Under the pieces are notes generated by a model. That model was not told the DNA's origin. It searched no databases and worked only from the letters and a program-made list of their open reading frames with translations. DNA of 64,000 nt from Bdellovibrionota bacterium (GTDB taxonomy: Bacteria > Bdellovibrionota > UBA1018 > CAIPTA01 > JAALKR01), in contig CBDBMJ010000001.1 in the NCBI GenBank assembly GCA_965207455.1, positions 1,728,001 to 1,792,000 on the forward strand. The letters run 5' to 3'. Shown here one piece after another: positions 60,001 through 64,000 of the stretch; positions within the stretch are counted from its first letter, which is position 1; every line of letters begins with the position of its first letter. The position numbers and the translations under genes were made by a program.

Positions 60001-60135
60001 TTGTTCAGCAGGGCTCATTTGCTTGAAATTTTTACCGTCATTCCATTCAAATGAAGCTGGGGTATGAATATGTAAATCCCATTTCCTCCATACTGATCCT
60101 TTATCTAAATTACTCATATTTGGTAAAATCACCAC
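57061..60135 (-). CDS. PHP-domain + SMC/ABC ATPase fusion (Ppl/TrlF-type defence protein)
   Basis: WRKWDLHIHTPAS, PGIELR, HVIFS, SGSDAH; GNKGSGKS; LSPGERG, IDQPEENLDN, VTHNPNL. Confidence 0.9.
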   Translation of the reverse strand: MVILPNMSNLDKGSVWRKWDLHIHTPASFEWNDGKNFKQMSPAEQNKSAWKIVDKINSSDIAVFSIMDYFTFDGVLNIRKFVKESDATLSKTLLPGIELRVEAPVKFRLNIHVIFSEQVTDQELSDFKSKLIIGGLDRPLSDEAIIAAGKALPEDKAKAVIGTMDYKNCDKAAFELGIKTIKITYQSLFDSVQDLTKEKCLIILPYDTSNGISKLNWEIHPNEDYYFLKKADIFEARNKNNINLFLGKRTTENNSFIDQFLKNIGGHPKPVVSGSDAHKISDYGIYPSGKATWIKADPCFLGLKQTLFEPEGRTYIGETPSKLKMISSKATKFISKIEIKRKKDEQIDESWFDNTIELNSELIAIIGNKGSGKSAFVDIVGLLGNTRLEAAFSFLNEKKFREKQGLRANKFYANLHWVSADTSSKFLSESVDPSSVETIKYIPQNYLEQLCNEVNSEKKLFDKELKTVIFSHIDEDKRLGYRTLDELISYKTEEINEEVELLRGRLAPVLEEILSNEEKLTDEYKRGVINQLSSKKDELNAHLKNKPSECLRPDPTESSSSLVVELNQKQVEEQSLSAEMARQGRGLEDAQKRKALAEKVISQSDLIESKYKQSISKIKQAVFDLGLNINDIFSFYLDKKPIEDALSAIDESIEKIQIELNPENKNGLMGVRHKIRLRIEEISESIDEPNKKYQKYLEEIESWNGIHSAIMGDEKKVGSISYLEFGLTEIRNIPEKNKNLEEQRDSLVKNIFSKIKGLADIYIEFYMPVQDFIRNNPFGDEEFNIVFDVSITNVAFKERFFKYINRGRAGTFFGVEESEGQIAKIFDQYNFNDADDVGEFTRKILTSLKSDCRDERKQPVSVFSQVKDSKVFEIYKFIFSLDYLSPRYSLKLNNKSLDQLSPGERGTLLFIFYFMIDKDDRPLVIDQPEENLDNQTIYKVLVPCIKHAKKNRQILLVTHNPNLAVVCDAEQVIVASIDKTNGNAVKYDSGSIENPEINEKIINILEGTRPAFDNRDSKYQFSQN

Positions 60136-60338
60136 ACAAACCAGCCCCTCAAGTCAACAGAGCGCAGGATAGTGCTATAGAGTTTTGCGGATGGGATGTA
60201 TATGCTGTTGGTTACGAGATTGAAGTGTTTTTGTGAGTAGTAGTCTTTTTCAGTGGTTTGGAGTTTGCTAGAAGCTGTTAGGGGGCTTAGGAACAGTGGT
60301 GTAACGCTGGTGGTGACTATTGATTTTTTATTTTTCAT
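60129..60338 (-). pseudogene. 5' stub of a pentapeptide-repeat family gene
   Basis: MKNKK...EKDYYSQKHFNLVTNSIYIPSAKLYSTILRSVDLRG aligns with EIEDCYSQEHYEKVTRTIPPAKLCG (5118) and FNLVRSGKHVPFAKLCG (18.9 kb). Confidence 0.65.
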
Positions 60339-60504
60339 GGTTCCCCTCTCTATTGCCAGCATCACTCCTTATTAACGCACCAAATCTTAAAAGTAAAGAG
60401 ATCCTTGCGGAGGCATGTATTGCGCCCCCTCCGATCAGAAAAATCCTTTGATTTCAGGTATATGTGTTCTCATAAAGGAAAGCAAGCTTGTTGAGGCTCC
60501 CTGT

Positions 60505-60702
60505 CCGCTTACGCTAGAGAGAGCATTTCCTTTTTTTTGCGACGGAATAGAAGGAGAAAAGCCGTAAGATTATTTAACCTCTCCATCTCTGGATTGTTTA
60601 GCCACTCTCCTCTTGCGCTCGGAGGATCATGGCGACAGACTTCAGGAACACATCGACGATTCAGAACCTTACTTATTGGATTCCCAATGTAATTCTCCCT
60701 CC
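60505..60702. repeat. Island spacer repeat, copy 12
   Basis: GCTTACGCTAGAG...TTTTTGCGACGGAAT...GAGGATCATGGCGACAGACTTCAGGAACACATCGACGATTCAGAACCTTACTTATTGGATTCCCAAT. Confidence 0.85.
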
Positions 60703-60719
60703 ATAAAGAAAAGAAGTAA

Positions 60720-61370
60720 TTAGTCTGGGAACATTTCTTCTATGGAAAGTTTAGGCCGTACACTCAAAGCCCAAAACACACCATAAACTTTTGTTGAAGG
60801 ACATTTCTCATTTACAAGCTTTTGAAATGCATCGAAATGAGAACCATCCGTTAGCACATCATCAATAACAATAATTTCTCTGGGAACTCCATTAGTAAAT
60901 CCGTTCCACTTATAATTTCTATAGAGATCCGCAGGCTCTCTAGAACCACCTTCGCTTGAAGCAGAATCTACACTTTCTTTATTTGAGATAGGCACTTCAA
61001 TAATGACATTAGAATTTATTCTTCTTAGCTCCCTTAATACATCATTAAGCCTAGAGTCATATTTAGGATGTCCCGGTATTTTAGATGTAGGAATTACTGC
61101 AACTGCGATTCTCCTTGAGAGTAAGCCTGAAAGTTCTTTTGCAAATTTTTGTATTGCTTCAATTTTATATTTCCATTCTGGTGTGTTTATTTTTGATGGA
61201 ACTTTTTTAAAATTCAATATCAATGAATTTGTTCGTGAAGCTTGGTACCCACCTCCCGGGATATATTCTCTAGCAACATAGCAGATATCTTCTTTTTTTA
61301 AATGACTGGGAAATCTCTGAAATTTATCAATTCTTCTCCAACGGGCCGGCTCTTCATCTCTTGAGGACAC
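60720..61370 (-). CDS. Phosphoribosyltransferase-like toxin (ShosT-type)
   Basis: NSLILNFKK, IPTSK, PRPP-binding IIVIDDVLTDGSHF; start overlaps the DprA-like gene. Confidence 0.83.
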   Translation of the reverse strand: MSSRDEEPARWRRIDKFQRFPSHLKKEDICYVAREYIPGGGYQASRTNSLILNFKKVPSKINTPEWKYKIEAIQKFAKELSGLLSRRIAVAVIPTSKIPGHPKYDSRLNDVLRELRRINSNVIIEVPISNKESVDSASSEGGSREPADLYRNYKWNGFTNGVPREIIVIDDVLTDGSHFDAFQKLVNEKCPSTKVYGVFWALSVRPKLSIEEMFPD

Positions 61371-62241
61371 GAATCACATCCTCAATTTCTTCTACCCTTA
61401 TTGCGCCTTCTTTTTCATATTGTTTAGGCCAAGAAATTGATGATTTTTCAAAGCATGAATTTAAAATAAATAATTTTCTTCCCTGTTGCATGGCCGCGCG
61501 GGCTTGCGTTAGCGTGCCACTGGTATCAGAGGCTTCAATTATTACAGTGCCTTGAGATATTGCAGACATGGTTGCATTTCTTCTGGGAAAGTTATTCTTT
61601 CTGCTCTGAAATGGCTCATGATAATATCTATAAAATGGGACTTGGCTTATTAATAAATGTTCTCTTGATATTTTATCCTGCAAGTCTCTGTTCTCTTTTG
61701 GATAGTATTTATTAATGGGCGTTCCAATGACTCCAATGACTTTTCCATTTTCTTTAATGGCTGTTTCTAGGGCTACAGTATCCACTCCAGTTGCTAAACC
61801 AGATACAATGGTATATCTATTTTCTACCAGTAGTTTTGTTAATCGTCTTGTTCTTAATTTTCCTTCATTAGTACATTTTCTAGACCCAACGATGGAAATA
61901 CAATTATTTTCAAGCAAGGCGGCATCACCTTTGTAATAGAATAATTCAATTGGATGCTTGGCTTCTCTCAATTTTTTGGGATATTGATGATCGCCATTAA
62001 TAGAAACTGAAAAATCAACTTTAAGATTATCTAGATAATTAGTAACTATCGATTTCAGTTCTGAATCTATAAAGCCCATCTTGTCTCTTAGTATTTCAGA
62101 GGGCAGCGCAGTACCATTAAAAAGTTTTGAAAGTTTTCCATCTGTCATACCTTCTGTAGCCCAAAGGGTTTCAAAAGCAATCATTTCATCTCTTGGTGAA
62201 ATTACATTCTTGAAAATATTATCTGTCTCGCTTTTAATCAT
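61354..62241 (-). CDS. DprA/SMF-like antitoxin (ShosA-type)
   Basis: IVGSRK, IVSGLATGVD, FPRRNATMS, IIEASDTSGT; coupled to the PRTase gene. Confidence 0.87.
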   Translation of the reverse strand: MIKSETDNIFKNVISPRDEMIAFETLWATEGMTDGKLSKLFNGTALPSEILRDKMGFIDSELKSIVTNYLDNLKVDFSVSINGDHQYPKKLREAKHPIELFYYKGDAALLENNCISIVGSRKCTNEGKLRTRRLTKLLVENRYTIVSGLATGVDTVALETAIKENGKVIGVIGTPINKYYPKENRDLQDKISREHLLISQVPFYRYYHEPFQSRKNNFPRRNATMSAISQGTVIIEASDTSGTLTQARAAMQQGRKLFILNSCFEKSSISWPKQYEKEGAIRVEEIEDVIRVLKR

Positions 62242-62591
62242 TATATTTTTTATAATTCTATTTATTAGATTTTGCCACCTTTATCAACGCATCTGACCTT
62301 AAAAGTAAAGAGTTAGCTCTGAATATCGAAAATGGGGCGCCCCAACATCAGAAAGCCACCTTAACTTCAGCCCGTCGCATCAATCTTGTTTTGTCGATTT
62401 TTCGCTCAAGAGGGAAGAGATGCACAAAAGGTTCTTGCTATCTTCAGTGGTTAGAGTGATTCGAGTTTCTATGAGGTTGATAGGTAGAGGGGTAAGGTTG
62501 TGGGAGGTTGTTTGAGGGCAGTTCAAGTACTTGTTACAGTTGCGTTTTCGTTTGTATGTTTTAGACCCCATCGAAATTTATAGAGTCCTTG

Positions 62592-62790
62592 TCGCTTACG
62601 CTAGGGGGAGCATTTAAATTTTCTTTGGCACGAAGTTCTCCGATTAATAGAGGCATCATTTGTATCTCGGACACTCACCGATATTTACATTTCCCTCAGC
62701 GCAATTGCTACAGAAGATCATAGCGACAACTTCAAGAAACACACCGACGATTCATAACCTTACTTATTGAATTACCGATGTAACTTTCTC
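62592..62790. repeat. Island spacer repeat, copy 13
   Basis: GCTTACGCTAGGGGGAGCATTT...AAGATCATAGCGACAACTTCAAGAAACACACCGACGATTCATAACCTTACTTATTG. Confidence 0.82.
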
Positions 62791-62796
62791 TCTTTT

Positions 62797-62875
62797 TTAA
62801 GGAGACTGTCTATTTTTTGGAAGAATATCATTCACTTCTTCTGTAAATTTCATCGATCGCTTTTCAGCATCAATA
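62797..62875 (-). pseudogene. 3' relic of a second MazG-like gene
   Basis: Encodes IDAEKRSMKFTEEVNDILPKNRQSP* versus IDAEKRTMEFTKEVNDILPKNKQSL* at 38048. Confidence 0.8.
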
Positions 62876-63916
62876 CTACTTGAGAAACTGATCAAAAACA
62901 GAGTGCTGAAAGGGAAATTCTTTAAATATATTCGAAATGATTGGATCAAGTGTGGGAACATCTATTGAACTCACATCCAGCTTTTCAAGTATTTCCCCTG
63001 TTTTTGAATCAACAAATAAGAAAGATCCATCACAAAACGGAATCGGATTATAATTTTCTTTAACCGCTTTATTTTCATTGAGCTCTCTCAGAATCATTTT
63101 AAACTTTTGGATTCTATCTTTCACGTCTTTTCGTTCTTTATTTTTGTATTTTTCTCTATCATTAATCCCGATTGCCACAAAAGCCGGCAAGCGATATTTC
63201 TTGTCCTCATCAAATGTGCCAATACAGGATGTTTGTATCTGCTCAAAGTCAAAAAGATCTCTAAATCCATGAAACCCCTTAGCAATGGAATTAAGTATTT
63301 CTTTTGTTTTTTTATTGCAATTTCCTGTTTTACTGCGATTTTTTTTATAAAATTCATAAACTCGGCCGGCAACAGCAATCATTGCTCTAAATTGAGATAT
63401 ATTCATTCTTGCTTCTTCTTTATAATAATTTGCATATAAAAAAATAATCGCTTGAAAAATAATCATATCGATGTTGAGCGCCTTAAAGACGCTTTCTCTA
63501 TAATTAAACCTGAAATAAAAATCAATAGATAAATTATTATAAATATCCCTTATTTCATCTTCATATTTTTTTGATCCTTTAATGAGCAGACCTCTCAGTT
63601 TTCTGTCGACATCATCGAGATTCATTTCATTTTTCTTGCTTAATGCATTTTGTTTTTTACTCTCTTCTCTTTTTTCATGGTAGGATTCTAATAGCCTTGC
63701 AATACGCCTCTCTAATTCACGAGATGATAATTTAAACTCACTTAAATATTTTTTCCTAATGCTTTTAAAAAATAAATCAAAAAAAATTTTTCCCTTGCTT
63801 ATAAGTAAAGACATTTTTTTGGGATCCTTACTACCCTTGAGCAACTCATAGGTTTTATTTAAATCTGCAATACATTTTTTTATCTCTTCTTTTTTTAAAA
63901 AATAACTTTCATCCAA
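62876..63916 (-). CDS. Hypothetical protein (346 aa)
   Basis: Long AT-rich ORF with TTG start; no recognised family. Confidence 0.6.
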   Translation of the reverse strand: MDESYFLKKEEIKKCIADLNKTYELLKGSKDPKKMSLLISKGKIFFDLFFKSIRKKYLSEFKLSSRELERRIARLLESYHEKREESKKQNALSKKNEMNLDDVDRKLRGLLIKGSKKYEDEIRDIYNNLSIDFYFRFNYRESVFKALNIDMIIFQAIIFLYANYYKEEARMNISQFRAMIAVAGRVYEFYKKNRSKTGNCNKKTKEILNSIAKGFHGFRDLFDFEQIQTSCIGTFDEDKKYRLPAFVAIGINDREKYKNKERKDVKDRIQKFKMILRELNENKAVKENYNPIPFCDGSFLFVDSKTGEILEKLDVSSIDVPTLDPIISNIFKEFPFQHSVFDQFLK

Positions 63917-64000
63917 ATAAATAGTACTAATATTAGCATACTCAATAAAAGAAAGGGGAGTTGGGGTAATATAGAACGAGTAACCCGAATAGTGCTTCCT

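Noticed and set aside
1..64000. tRNA or rRNA genes
   Set aside because: None recognised by eye; tRNAscan-SE and Rfam scans were not run.

Overview
Bacterial chromosomal window in two parts; no database searches were possible, so all family calls are from motif recognition. (1) 1 to ~15.4 kb is mostly core genome: rplM (partial), rpsI, trmL, asnS, pepA, a WcaJ-type sugar transferase, lptF, rodZ, a PilF/Tgl-like TPR lipoprotein, a DEDDh exonuclease and a DAHP synthase. It also has a secreted pentapeptide-repeat protein, a decayed Panacea-type toxin-antitoxin pair, and a 9-repeat surface protein with a degenerate matrixin domain. The gene set suggests a Bdellovibrionota/deltaproteobacteria-like host (inference only). 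(2) From ~15.5 kb to the end is an accessory defence island with most genes on the minus strand. It carries five Sel1-repeat genes, two Lamassu (ABC three-component) systems, a type II CBASS with two tandem cyclases, ShosTA plus an orphan ShosA, a Ppl/TrlF PHP-ATPase, AbiE with a truncated toxin, an RHH/5hmdU-kinase-helical gene pair next to a TIR-Nmad2-MazG operon, an IS21 element and several unknown genes. The most striking unexplained structure is the island architecture. Thirteen co-oriented copies of a non-coding modular repeat (core ...GGATCCTGAGAATCATTYCGACA...AGGAACACACC...ATTCATAACCT...TTATTGGATTCCC) mostly sit immediately 3' of a cargo gene or operon. A family of Lys-rich 54-63 aa ORFs, three with a shared upstream module, sits 5' of unrelated cargo. 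Genes are truncated or replaced at these modules. This resembles an integron-like cassette array built on non-attC sites; no recombinase other than the IS21 transposase is in the window.
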